Source: Calcarisporiella thermophila CBS 279.70 (lineage: Eukaryota > Fungi > Calcarisporiellomycota). Taken from it: a stretch of 64,000 nucleotides of DNA. The notes beneath the pieces were generated by a model that had not been told where the DNA came from, made no database searches, and saw only the letters and a list, made by a program, of their open reading frames with translations. Positions 12,174-24,770 of this stretch are shown one piece after another. Position 1 is the stretch's first letter. The number at the start of each line of letters is the position of its first letter. The translations under genes and the position numbers were made by a program. The stretch covers positions 124,001-188,000 of the forward strand of contig NW_027192205.1 of assembly GCF_041956535.1 (NCBI RefSeq), in the 5' to 3' direction.

Positions 12174-12844
12174 AAATTCCTTTCTGGACAGCGTGTTGTA
12201 TAGCTTTCGCCTCTCTCCCCCTATTGCGTACCTGTTTTGTTCTCTATTTCTTTCTCCTCTTTCATGTTTGGAAAATTGGATATACAAGGATTTTTTTTTT
12301 CTCCCCTTTTGTTTTTAAGAATACCCTCTATACAATTTCCCCGCCTACATGGATTCAACCTTTTTTTTCCCCCTTTTGGATCCTCTTCTCTTTTGTACTG
12401 TGTAGTACTCCGCCTCATGATGGACGCTTTCTCTTTGATTACTTTCTATGTTATATTTCCCATTCGGCCTTCAACTATAAATTTTAGTTCTAATAAATGG
12501 GTTTCCCCCGCAAAAATAAAATAAAGTTTCCTCGAGTAAACTCAATTTTTGGCACGATTGATTTAATATACTCTGTTCCCATAGCAGGAAGGTGGATAGG
12601 CATGACAGTGACGTGAGTTAATAAAGAGGGGGAATGTATTTGGGTTAACCTTAGGAATGGCCGACACCTATGTATCGGCATCTTGCTGTTTCCTCACTAT
12701 TAATGGGAGATGTTTTCTCTTTCTGTCAAAGACTTTACGTATATATTACAACCATGAATAAGAAAATGTGACTGCGTATAAATTTTGGAAAGCTTTGCCC
12801 GCCTCTACTAAAGGGGTTTAGTCACTAGACACACACTCGTGGTA

Positions 12845-12900
12845 TCTATCTATGCCAACCCATCTCTGCCGACGACTCCTCGGCGTCGGTACAGTTCTAG
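12845..12900 (+). mobile_element. Possible minimal Helitron-like element or Helitron 3' end
   Basis: A|TCTATCTAT...GCCGACG-(9 nt)-CGTCGGT hairpin...CTAG|T matches Helitron terminal hallmarks. Single copy in the window. Confidence 0.25.
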
Positions 12901-14031
12901 TTTCTATTTGAGGATAACTTCTTCAGGTGGTTTATCGCCTAATCTCTCTTATCTCCTAAAGGCAAAGATGCATGATGCCTATGGGCTTGATTCAAAATTA
13001 ATATGTGCTATGGATTAGGAAAGTCCGCCGTCGAAAAAGAGAGGGAAAAGGTAAGTAAGATGACGGGTTGTGGTTAGACGGGAGAAAATATAAGATAAAT
13101 GAAAAATAGGAGGGAGAAAAAAATTTAATTAACCGTCTATTTTTTATCATTTCATCATAATTTGGCCGAATTGCAAATTCAGCCAGAACACTTGCTTTCT
13201 ACAGTTATCTCGGTTTGAAGGTCGCCTTGAAAGCTCGTTAAGCAAAAGGATTATATCATGTATTGGTGTTAAAATATTGGCAAAGAATAATTCTATTGTA
13301 GAGGATCTATTTTTTTGGCATCCTTCTTAGCAATTTTTGCATCGGTCTCTGTAGCCGAACTTGGAGGGGGAGAGGATGCTACACGCTAGCTCTGCTCCCT
13401 GTATTCCGAACCTAAATGGCCACCTGACCGGATCCGAGGGATCTGAACGAGCCTAAAAGCCAATGCATTGAATATATCCTATGACCAGGGACATCAAGGA
13501 GAACGAGGCGTTACTGAATAAAGAAGAATAATTTCCGCATGCGGGTCAAGGCTCCCATCTACGGGATTGGCAGTCACTCTTAAACGGAGGTTAATTTTGA
13601 TCTACTAACTGCCTACCTTTTCATTCCCATCCCCTTATAAAGGATGCAGTTGGAATCGCAGGACCTTTTTAACAAAACTTTTTTTTGCGATTTTACATCG
13701 ACTATTTTACTTGATTTGATTCGATCTGATTTGAGTTTTCTTATACAGCCGCTTGGGATCTCGTCCGGTTTTCTTTTTTGGTTTTTATCTACTTCAAGAT
13801 CGGTCACAGGAGGACGCGCGTAGTCTTGACTCTTCTGTATTTATATTTTAATGTAAGTGGGAGGGGAAAAAAAAATATATATATATATATCTCTGGAGGG
13901 AACAGATTCCCTTGTTTTCTTTTGCCACAGTGTTGTTTCTAAAAGCCCGCCTGTTGCGCGGTTTCGGCTTCTCCCCACACTCGATGATGCTAGCGTGTAG
14001 TGTTGATAACCGTTTTTTCTAACTAGTAACT

Positions 14032-15471
14032 ATGAGATTCTTAATTGCGATTACCGCCTTGTTCTTGTTCCACTTGGCAACGGTGGCGTCCGAACCCGTG
14101 GCGGCGAGTCCTGCCAACATGACCAAGGGCTCTCTACGGTAAGCTCAACCCCTGACAAGACCGTCAACTAGGGGAGCCATGTTAACTCTGGGTTTTCCGT
14201 TGGCTAGATTGCCTATCAGGAGGAGAAACGCAAACCGTAAAAGCACGCCAGTGCATGCACTGGCAGCCGCGAAAAGACTTGGTTTGAAGACTCCGTTGAT
14301 GAGACGGGGAGGACATGGAGGACATGGAGGAACCGCAAGTGAACAGCTAACCGATTACTTGTTGGATGTTGAGGTGAGCCGCCCAGTCCATCCTCAATAG
14401 CGTCACTGCACTAGCTTAGAATTGAAACTGTTTTCTTTTATTCTTCCCTGGGGCACCAGTACTATGCAGAAGTGGAGGTTGGCACTCCGGGACAGAAGTT
14501 CAAAGTCGATATCGATACAGGCAGCGCCGATTTCTGGATCTACTCGACCGGGTGCAAAGCCGCAGCGTGTCTCAATCACGTCCGATTCAAATCCTCGTCC
14601 TCAAAGACCTTTGCTGCAGTGAACGCCACATGGCAAATCGCGTACGTAGACGGCTCCTTCGTGTCGGGAGATCAAGCGCACGACTCGGTCACGATTGGAG
14701 GCATTGTGGTTCGAGACCAATCGATTGGGCTGGCGACGGCAGCCAGCAACGAGTTCAAGAATGATGTGATCGATGGTCTGTTTGGGTTGTCGTTCCCGGC
14801 GATTGCGCGTTTGCAGGGTAAGTCGGATCAGGAGGCCGCCAGTCTTTGACCCGATTCCATCCTATTGCTTTCTTATTTTTTCAGGGCCTCCTGTGTTCCA
14901 GAACATGATCAAGCAAAAGCTCATCAAAGAACCGGTGTTCAGTGTTTGGTTGGGCAAGCAAGCCGAGGGAGGGGGTGGCGAAATAGTGTTTGGCGAGGCG
15001 GACTCTGGGCATCACGTCGGCGAGATCCTCTACGTGCCGGTGACGGAGCAGCGCTACTGGTCCGTGAAGGCCGACGGGGTGAGTTTCCTCGGGGCTGATC
15101 TCGACGAGTCCGGGCCTGCCATCATCGATACCGGCTCAACCGTATTGATTCTCCCGGTGTCCCTCACCGGCAGTATCCACGCAAAGATTCCCGGGGCTGT
15201 CAACGACCGATATTGGGGATGGCTGGTGCCCTGTGACACCCCCAAGAAAATCCCTAAAGCGGCGCTGACCTTCTATTTCGGGGGCAAAGGGTTCAATATA
15301 CCCATTGAGGATTTGGTGCGCGAGCAATCGCCCGTCTCGGGAATGTGCTTTTCCGCCATGATTGGTAGCTATTCGGGGCCATGGCTGCTGGGTGCTGTTT
15401 TTATCAAGAACAATTATTGCGTGTTTGATGCAGGTCGGTCACGAGTAGGTTTTGCGCCAGTGAAGAAATAG
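14032..15471 (+). CDS. Secreted pepsin-like (A1) aspartic protease (exons 14032-14138, 14208-14373, 14460-14817, 14885-15471)
   Basis: Hydrophobic signal MRFLIAITALFLFHLATVA, basic propeptide, VGTPGQKFKVDIDTGSADFW, second AIIDTGS, WLLGAVFIKNNYCVFD. Confidence 0.95.
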
Positions 15472-16034
15472 AGATCATTCCAACCTTATCCGTTAGAGGA
15501 CTAGACACTAAATTTTGCTTTCTCGCTCTTTTTTTTCTTGATATTTTTTTCTTTACTTGCTATCTTTTTTTTTGGATTTTATATATTGACATTTAAAATG
15601 TAGATATTTCTATATATATAGTAATATAGAAAACAAAAATGAAACACTCAGATTGGATGGGTAGCCTAGGAGGACAATGTTTCCTTAAAAATGTTGTGCA
15701 GAAAACAACTATGTGTATAAAATTAGTGAAGAGTTGTGAATAGGTGGTGCTCAATGTGAACATCGGCGGATAGCAATCCATCGTATTATTGAAATAGATC
15801 GCACTCGAGAGTACGGTAAAGCTCACATAGGTTGATAAACAGCCAAGAATCATTTAATACAATAATAACCTTGTGGGGAAAAGGCTAAAACGATAATGTA
15901 GACAAGTTTTCGACGATATTCTCAAACATATACGTTATAAGGCTAGAATAAAATATCATATAAACAATACAGATGCGAATCAAAATATATACGCTTAATT
16001 TAAATGTCAAGGGAGCTGAAGAATCTTGAGCGGG

Positions 16035-16841
16035 CTAGTGGCAGGCCATGGACCTGCCCACACGCCGGCGCATTTGGATGGCGTCTGCCGTGAAGAAGCC
16101 CGTTCCGGCACCGAGGACAACGCTGAGCATCAAAAATCCATTGTACGTCATAAACCTAACCAATGCCATCAAAAAATTAACCATAGTTACAGCTTTAGAT
16201 GCACAGGAGGATCATTACACCAGCATGAGCCAAAATGCTCCACCTACAAGGATAGCGTAGAGAAATGAACGGTACAATTGCTGTGAATAACTGATGCTCA
16301 AGTAACATCAAAAGTGAATGGGAGAGTAACTCGATAATTTAAACTATGGATGTGCATACCTTATATAATTGCCATCACCTAATAGAGGTTGCGAAGCAGA
16401 TAGCTCCTCTTGCGCTCCGGAATTCACATTCTACAAGACACAACAGTTAATGCATGTACTAAACCATGCACAAGAATATATATGGGCGACCTTGAACAGT
16501 TTCTCATCGTATCTAGATGCATAGAAACGAAGCCATTCATATAGGACGGATATAAGAAACACTGCAGCACACGAGACAACCAAACTGACGATGCTGTTAA
16601 TTTGCCACCATTTGAATACAATGCACACATGTTCTATGTCCCAGTTGAAATACATCTGATGGAATGAAGACAAGGAACCATGGAAATTTGAGTGGCAGTA
16701 ACGGTTGGAAAAGCAGGAGTTAGAAATTATAATTCATAGCCCCAAAACCTGCGTCTGTGATAATATTGTATGGTTGTAATTCTGAAGACTCACCTTCATT
16801 GAACAGGACATGTCCATATCTCCATGGCCACCGTGATCCAT
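16035..16841 (-). CDS. CTR2: Ctr-family copper transporter (Ctr2-like), multi-exon
   Basis: His/Met-rich N-terminus MDHGGHGDMDMSCSMK, MYFNW, spliced MLVFMTYN (MxxxM), GAGTG, C-terminal ACH. Confidence 0.9.
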
Positions 16842-17000
16842 GATTATATATAGAATCAAGACAAATTTGAAAATTCAAAAAGGGAGTAATGAGGATTAAG
16901 AACAATGATAAGAGGACTTGACATTACTCCAAAGATCCACGCATTGATGCTCCGATATCCACCTCATCACTTGTGACTGCCTTGCACATTCCGTTTGAAA

Positions 17001-17038
17001 ACGCGTTTTACGCGTTGCTCCTTGGAAATATTTCGCGC
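17001..17038. promoter_or_regulatory. Two MCB boxes (ACGCGT) and an E2F/SCB-type site (TTTCGCGC) in the CTR/NIMA divergent promoter
   Basis: ACGCGT at 17001-17006 and 17010-17015; TTTCGCGC at 17031-17038; all within 85 nt of the kinase ATG. Confidence 0.5.
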
Positions 17039-17083
17039 CTGAAAGCCTATAGCGATTCTTAGTTCCTCAATCTCTTTATTATC

Positions 17084-18970
17084 ATGTCCAGCATAGAGGA
17101 TATGAACCTGCAATATGAACCTCTCGAGGTGATAGGTTCTGGTTCTTTCGGTCTCATACGCAAAATACGACGAAAATCGGATGGAAAGGTATGTTTCTTT
17201 GACTAGATATAGGGAGCTTTGGCCTTGACTAACCATCGTCCATAATCTTTTGGATCTTGAAAAAAAAAAAACACATGTATTTATTTCAATAGATACTTGC
17301 GCGTAAAGAACTCAATTTTCATCAAATGTCGGAAAAGGAAAGACAGCAGCTTGTTGCGGAAGTGAATATTCTACGTGGCCTTCGTCACCCTAATATAGTG
17401 CGTTATTACGAGAGGTTTGTGGATAAGGAGCGGGGAATTCTGAACATCATCATGGAATGGTGTGGGGGCGGGGATCTGGGCACACTTATCCGACGATGTA
17501 AAAAAGAAGGGTGGGTGCATTAGAGAAGTTTTGAATTAACTTGGACCTAATCCACTTTGCGCATTTAGGAAATACATTGGGGAGGACATAATTTGGAACT
17601 TCTTTACGCAGATAGTCATGGCATTGCACGAATGCCATATACCAAAAGGCGAGAGGAATGTTGTTCTTCATCGTGATATAAAACCGGATAATGGCAAGAT
17701 TGGATTGGATTATTATGCGGGTACAGTAGGCTAATTGGATAAGCTACCATGTAGTGTTTCTGGATTCAAATGGCAACGTGAAGTTGGGTGATTTTGGGTT
17801 ATCGCGCGTGCTAGATCCCGAGAAGAGTTTTGCGATGACGTTTGTCGGGGTAAGTTTGTCACTGCATTCATATCTCTGCTCGATCCCGTAGTGGATACAT
17901 TCTCCTCATCTCATCTTGCACTGCTCCTCTAGACTCCATACTACATGTCTCCAGTAAATTCGCTCTGCCTTTGAAGTTTTCCAAAAATAGATTCGATAAA
18001 AAACAAATTTCATTTAGGAACTGATGAGTGAATCCACGTACAATACCAAGTCGGATATCTGGGCCTTAGGCTGTCTTCTCTTTGAGATGTGCTCCCTTGA
18101 GTAATATTGCCTTTTATTTTTAGCCCTCTCTCCACCTCGTTGTGGTTAAATATTGTCTTCTACTTAGACCTCCATTCAAAGCAAAAACACATGCTCAACT
18201 GGCTGCCAGAATAAAGCAGGGTATCATTCCTCCATTGCCCGCGCAATACTCCCAGGAGGTTGGCCGCGTTATCAAATCCATGCTTCAGCTGAATCCTGCC
18301 AAGCGGCCCTCAACAGGTGATTTCTTCAAACTGGACCGTATGCGGCTGTGTCATAAAGAGCGCGAAATCTATGCATAGTAAGTGGGTGAATCCAATTTGG
18401 TGGCAGCTGAGTGGTGACATTCTATGTTCGATGATAGTCACCAAGAGTTGAAACGAAGGGAAGAGGAGCTGAAAAAACGTGAAGTTGCGTTTGAGGCAAG
18501 AGAGAAGGAGATATTGGAGAGAGAGGCTGCGGTAGCAAAAAAGGAGGAGGAGCTGAGGCAGAAGGAGGCTAGACTTATGGATATCGACAAGAGGCCAGGT
18601 AATTTTGAAGGTCTAGTTTAGGAAGAAATATGAGCTGGATGCTTTTCTGGTAACTTTTAGGGCGTATTTCCGTTGAAGAACGGTCCACCACCAAGTATGT
18701 AGAGACTTTGTAGTCTTCGTAGAGTGTTTGGGCGACTTACATTTTATATTTGTCTACAGCGTCATAAAATCCACGCTACACGCTACACGCACACCCCAAC
18801 GAAGAAAATCCTTTATAAGCGCCTACGGGGCACGCCCGCCTATCCCCTCAGCCTTTAGCGACAACAAGAATCTGTGTGACGTTTACCCGACTGCTGAGAC
18901 ACTCTACGGAGAGGATGAGGAGATGCCGAGTCCGTTCATTAGACGACAGAGATCCATGACGAAAGTGTAA
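17084..18970 (+). CDS. nimA: NIMA/Nek2-family Ser/Thr kinase with coiled-coil tail, multi-exon
   Basis: IGSGSFGLIRKIRRKSDGK, MSEKERQQLVAEVNIL, HRDIKPDN-VFLD, KLGDFGLSR, 21-nt exon TPYYMSP, KSDIWALGC, E/K-rich coil, MPSPF tail. Confidence 0.93.
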
Positions 18971-19598
18971 AATATATACAGACTTTATTATACCTCCCGT
19001 TTTTTTTATAATTTTTTGTTATTGTTGCTGCTATTTTTGCTTTTTTTCTTCTATTCTTTAATTAAAACCTTACCCTACCGTCGAGTTTGGGGATAGACTT
19101 AGAAGTGGGTATAGGACCGCACCCATTCCTCTGTTCAATCAGAGAGGGATCCGAATTATGCAGATGGAAGGCTGAAAATAATCCCTCATATTATATCATG
19201 TACACCTAGGATTGTTTGGGGTTTATATCCAGCTTACTTGGCGGAATCGTGCAGACACGGAACTTTATGTCTTAGTCATAAGCCACAGAGAAGTTTGATA
19301 TTTGCTCAATAGCCATAATTAGACTTCACTCTTGTTGCATACTCATCAACGAGTTCTCGCGCTCTCTCTGTACCTACCCTATCACCTTATCAACGCTCCA
19401 CTGCACCTGAATTTCATGTGCCTATTATTACGAACAAAGTCCGGAGTCGATTTTTTGGTAGAGCGATCTAATTCGCTAATTTAAAATAGAGTTGCGTTCA
19501 GAACACTAAATCCATGCTTAAAGAAAAATAAAGAAGACGGTTAGCATCTCCGGTCACTCTTCATCTGCGGAATCTATCATTAGCAAGGGAGATTGAAT

Positions 19599-21353
19599 AT
19601 GGCTCCATCTGAGTATTCAGCCCATGGAATCGGCATTGGGAATCTCCCGGATCAGCGACACAAGATTGTGGCTAGAAGAGGGGCCAATTTTACCATCATG
19701 GTGGCAGGTAGATCCTTTAGGATTAAGAATTCGATGAATTAGTCCAGGTAGAAGCGATGTTTGAACACCTGCTTTTGTTCATCTGCACTCTTTAGGTGAA
19801 AGTGGACTTGGAAAGAGCACCTTTATCAATACTCTCTTTACAACAACCATTAAAGATTATAAGGATCCCAAACAGCGTCAGCAGAAGCAGCTTGATCGTA
19901 CTGTCGAAATTGACATCACCCGGGCTGGTAATTTTCAGTACCTCTAGGCTGTCGTACTCCCACTCAAAAGATAACCCCGCTTTCTGTCGTCCTTTTTGGA
20001 TACTAAAAATGCAGAACTCGAAGAGAAGAATTTCAGAGTTAAGCTTACCGTCATTGACACCCCCGGCTTTGGAGACTATGTGAACAACAAAAATAGTTGG
20101 GTTTCTATTGTCGATTTCATAGACGACCAACACGAGAACTACATGCGCCAGGAGCAGCAACCCGTGCGGCAGGAGCTAACCGATATGCGGGTCCATGTCT
20201 GGTGAGTCATGGAGGCATTCGATTGAGTCTTGTCTACGATAGAAACGCTCATTCTTTTTGAATGTATTCTAGCCTCTATTTCATTCGACCCACAGGGCAC
20301 AGGTAGCAACATGCTAGTTCCTTGAGCTCTTTTCCTTGTCTTCTAACTATTTCCATTGGTCAGTTTGAAGCCCTTGGACATCGAGGTGATGAAGCGTTTG
20401 GGATCTCGTGTGAACTTGATACCTGTCATCGCCAAAGTAGATACCTTGACGAAGCCTGATCTTGAGAAGTTTAAACGCAATGTAACCAGTCCGGAATCCA
20501 AACTTTTTCCCACGGCCTGCATCTAACAACTTATTTTGCAAATAGATTCGTGATGTGATCGAGGCCCAGAACATATGCGTTTACTCGTGCCCCATTGAGT
20601 CGGAGGATGAGTCAGTGACCCAACGTAACCATGAGATTATGGTAATTTTGCTTCTTCATCGAAACCTAAGATGGATGGCACGCTAAGTCCCTTTATTCTT
20701 TGATAAATCGGTCGCTAGGCTGCCATGCCGTTTGGAATTATTGGATCGGATCAAGATGTGACCACCTCGGATGGGCGTGTTGTTAAGGGCCGTCAGTATA
20801 CATGGGGAGTTGCCGAAGGTAGCCAATGGCTTGCTTTTTGCCTCGGAGAAGAATTTCGAACTAAACTCTACTTCTTTGTCAGTGGAAAATGAGAATCACT
20901 GCGATTTCAAGAAGCTGCGTAGCCTCTTGATCCGCACTCATATGCTCGATCTCATCCATACCACCGAGGAGATCCACTACGAAAAGTACCGCCAGCAGCA
21001 AATGGAGACACGCAAGTTCGGAGAGCCCAAGGTGCGCAAATATGACAGCCCCAAGTTCCGTGAAGAGGAAGAGGCCCTCCGCCGGCGTTTCACGGAGCAG
21101 GTGAAAATTGAAGAAGCCCGGTTCCGCAAGTGGGAGCAACAGGTAAATTGGCTTGGTCCCAAGAGAAAAAGGTTAAAGCTATCTCTAAGATTCCTTCCCC
21201 CCCCCCCCCCCTCTTCAATCCCCTACACTCCAGCTTATTGCGGAACGTGATCGTCTCAACAAGGATCTGGAGCAGAGTCACGCGAAGATAAAGGCCCTGG
21301 AGGCCGAATTAGAGCAACTTGGGTTGCACTCTGGAAAATCACTGAGGAGATAA
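19599..21353 (+). CDS. CDC12: Septin, Cdc12/AspC group, multi-exon
   Basis: [61 protein letters not shown]-terminal [20 protein letters not shown]. Confidence 0.93.
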
Positions 21354-21900
21354 CGACGGTGATTTTTCCTTATTTTTTTATAATTTAACCAGGCTTCCCC
21401 TATCCCTTCCACATCTAGCCTTGAGCTGATGGACGTGTCTGTTGTACTGAATGTTTATTTGTGAAATGAGTTTGTTAGCTCTTCAACTCTCTTTAAGTTT
21501 TGTCACTTGTGATAGTTCTGGCGTAACAGAATATAGGTAGAGGTTCCCCTTAATCGAAAAAATGTATCAATCAGCCGACTTACACAGCCGAAATTGGGCC
21601 ATTGCGTCCCCCCCGCCCTAATGCTCATGTTAAAAAAAGAAAGACGCTATATTTTCCCTGCCGCATGTTACTATAAATACATTAACAACCTCGGATTGTA
21701 CCCATATAAAAGAGAAGCAAAAGAAAACTTTCAAGGATAAGCGAATATTTCAAATCTCCCCGGGGGGGGGGGGGGAGGAGTAACACGATGCCGCCTCAAA
21801 ATCTGCCCAGATATTAGAAAAACAGAACAGTATACCGTGGGAATTGATGATATGAGAGAGAAGTGATATATAGAGAAGGATTATATACAGATTGAATAGT

Positions 21901-24770
21901 CTAACAAGTGTATTTCCAACCCTCTGGGCTAACCAGCCCCCTTAGTTCTTTCACCCGCCCCATTAGCACCGCACGTTCTTGTGGCGGTAATGGGGGCGCT
22001 TTATTCTCCTTCGCAGGACTTCTTCCCCCTGGCTCCACCTCTATAGTGTCCTCACTTCCCCTCACCTTTTCCGGGTGGAAGCAAAGTGGTTTCCTCCCAT
22101 AAGTCGACACAATGGGCAGGAAATTTCGGTGAACCTTCAGCTCTCTTCCTATTTCCTGCTCTAGTTTGTCATATTCCTCCGTGGCTATGTACATGATTTT
22201 GGTAAGATAGGGTCGTAAGGAATGTAAGAACTGCATCCAGTTGTCGCGGCCCAGCTGACCAATATTCCCAGCAAACTCGCCAATTGGAAACGGCACCGTT
22301 ATGGATTGAATGTCTTCGAGACCTAGCAGACTAAAGTGTAGGTGAATCTTGTTTGCCCAGCTGGGGTCAATATCGCGGGCTCGCATCGCATTATATACTA
22401 GACAATGGGCCTAGAGTGGTTAGAGGAGAAAAAAAAAAGGCAAAAACTTATAAAAATACACTTACACCCATCTGCAAGTTTCCTGAATGCCTTGCCACCC
22501 CGACGAAGATCGTAATCTGTAAAATAAAACAAAATAAAATAAAATGCTCTCAGTTGGTCTCTGTGGCCAGCCCTCGAGCACAGTAGATCCCGTGTCAAGC
22601 TTACCCGCTTCGACAATCTCCAAATAGCCTCCAGGCTTCAGGATCCTCAGAGCTTCTTGAATGACGCTTGGCCATTCACTCTTCACCAGGCCAAAATGCA
22701 TACACCTTTGGAACACTACATCAAAGGTATTATCCGCAAATGGAAGAGCTTGGGCCACATTTCCGAGCATAAAGCTGCAGTTTTCTGGCATAATATGCTG
22801 CGGGAACATGGGACTAGCATCGATGCCGATAAAGCGGCTATTGGGGTACTCGGTGGCCATCTCCATGCACCATGTACCAGGACCGCATCTACCAAGTTAA
22901 TAATGGAGGTAAGCTTCCTAGATAGAGCGGAAAGAAGAATCGTCCTGAATATAGACCCAATGTCCACCACCATGGCTCCCTCCTCTAAAATTCCATGAAC
23001 AGGTGCAAGGAAATTATTATCAGCAAATAGGTAGCTATGGGATAATATACATACGAAGGGGGGGGGGGGGGAGGAAGCAAAGGAGAGGGGGTGAGCATTC
23101 GAATGTTTTCAAAGTAAAGGCCATTGTGCGTGGATAAATTACCGAAAAGAATAGTGTTGTATAATAAGGCGATCTATCTCCCCCTGGTCATTAGGCAGAA
23201 TGTAGTGTACACCTATTTGTATTCTCACAGATGAGCGGATCAAGCTGGACATTCATGGGAAAGTGGGGCTAACTCTACCTGGTTCATCGAGGAACCGCCG
23301 CCCCTCCAACCATTTGTATCGCACCTGGTCTGAAGCAGGGGCTTGTGCCTGGTTTTCACCCAACTTGTGCGAAGCTTCGCCCACCTCCAGCCCAGGGTTG
23401 GCGATGGCCCGAAGCTGCATTCCTGCAGTTTCGTCCCACTCCTCCTCCTCATTTATCCTCTCCCTCCTCACCTCAAAGTTGGAGCCATGTTGCAGCGAGA
23501 CGAATTCCTCGCCCAGGTCCTTGCTCGGGAGGTCGGCCGATTTCATCCACCACCGCGAATCCAGCCCCGTCCGAGACTCGCCGCCTCCGGCGGCGCCGGT
23601 GCTCTCCATTTTCCCATCGGTCCTGGTGCCCCTGCCGGACGCCCACCGATTCTGCATTAGCGCCGTGTTTCCAAGCGCTGACGCGACGGCGGGGTTGAGG
23701 AGGAACACGATCAGATTCAGGATGCCCTGGATTCCGGTGGTGATGGCCACCACCTTGAACGTTTGGGAGTAGATGGCGAAGTCCACGCTGTTCGTGGCCT
23801 GCAGCCACCCCAGGACCGAGGACGCCGGCTGGCAAATGATCAGCACCAGCGGATAGAGCGAGATTCGCAGCACATGGAAAATAAGCCGCCGCTCTTGGAA
23901 CCGCGCCTCGGGGCGGATGATGTGCCGGTTTTTTTTGAGGTCGATGAGGTCGCGCAGCACGCGCACCATCACCGTGATAATGATCGCGATGGAGTACGCA
24001 ATAGCAAGGCACATCCACAGGTTATTGGCCAGGATATTGAACAGGAACTCCGAGCCCATGCCCCAGTTGGTATAGAAGCGGTGCTATAGAGAAAGAGAGC
24101 GTGAGTTTTGGCTCTTCGCCCACCATAGGTGGGGGAGAGGCAGGCAGCCCTTGGAGTCGGGCCAGAACCGACCTGCTTCGTGTCCCAGTACACGTCCCCG
24201 ATGACCAGAGCGGGGAAGGGGATAATGACGGAGAGGGCGGTGGATATGGGGAAATACCACCGCTGGAACTTGAGCATGTCGCCGCGCCGGTGCAGGAAGG
24301 AGAGGTGCAGGTCGAACGAGATGGCGGTGGTTAGGAAGGCGAACCTATCCAAGGGGAGAGCGCATTAGCTAAGGAGGGGGGGGGGCCTAACACAAACATT
24401 ATTCAACAAGCTCGAGTGTTTAGATAATAACCAAAGGGGGAAGAAGATGATGGTCCAAAAGAGGAAGCGGCAGAGGATGTGATTCGTCGGGAGCACCTTG
24501 TCCATCAAGCCAAAATTGGTGCGCAGCAGGAAGAAGCCCTGTTTATAGGATGGATGTGAGAACGATAAGGTGCGACGTCACGTTAAACTTTAAGATGTTT
24601 ACGCGATAGAGGAAATCGGCCAAGCCAATCCAGAATGAGAGCTTAAAGGATATTGTGTTGACGACATCGGGCTGAGTCAGTCGAAGCCAGACCACCGTGG
24701 CCATGATGACGCCCCCGCTCACGATGGAGACGATGTTGATGGCCTGCTCTCCTGTGGTCACCTCGACCAT
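21901..24770 (-). CDS. Fusion of a cAMP-receptor/Git3-like 7TM GPCR and a LaeA-like class I SAM methyltransferase, about 743 aa (exons 24770-24603, 24538-24432, 24344-24173, 24083-23279, 23212-23143, 23034-22957, 22888-22605, 22516-22466, 22397-21901)
   Basis: Exons total 2232 nt, all introns GT-AG and frame-preserving. The N half has seven hydrophobic segments with LYPLVLIICQP and QGILNLIVFLLNP. Exon 4 continues without a stop into YKWLEGRRF, spliced to YILPNDQGEIDRL..QH, VDIGCGPGTW, LPFADNTFD and LKPGGYLEIVE. Confidence 0.85.
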
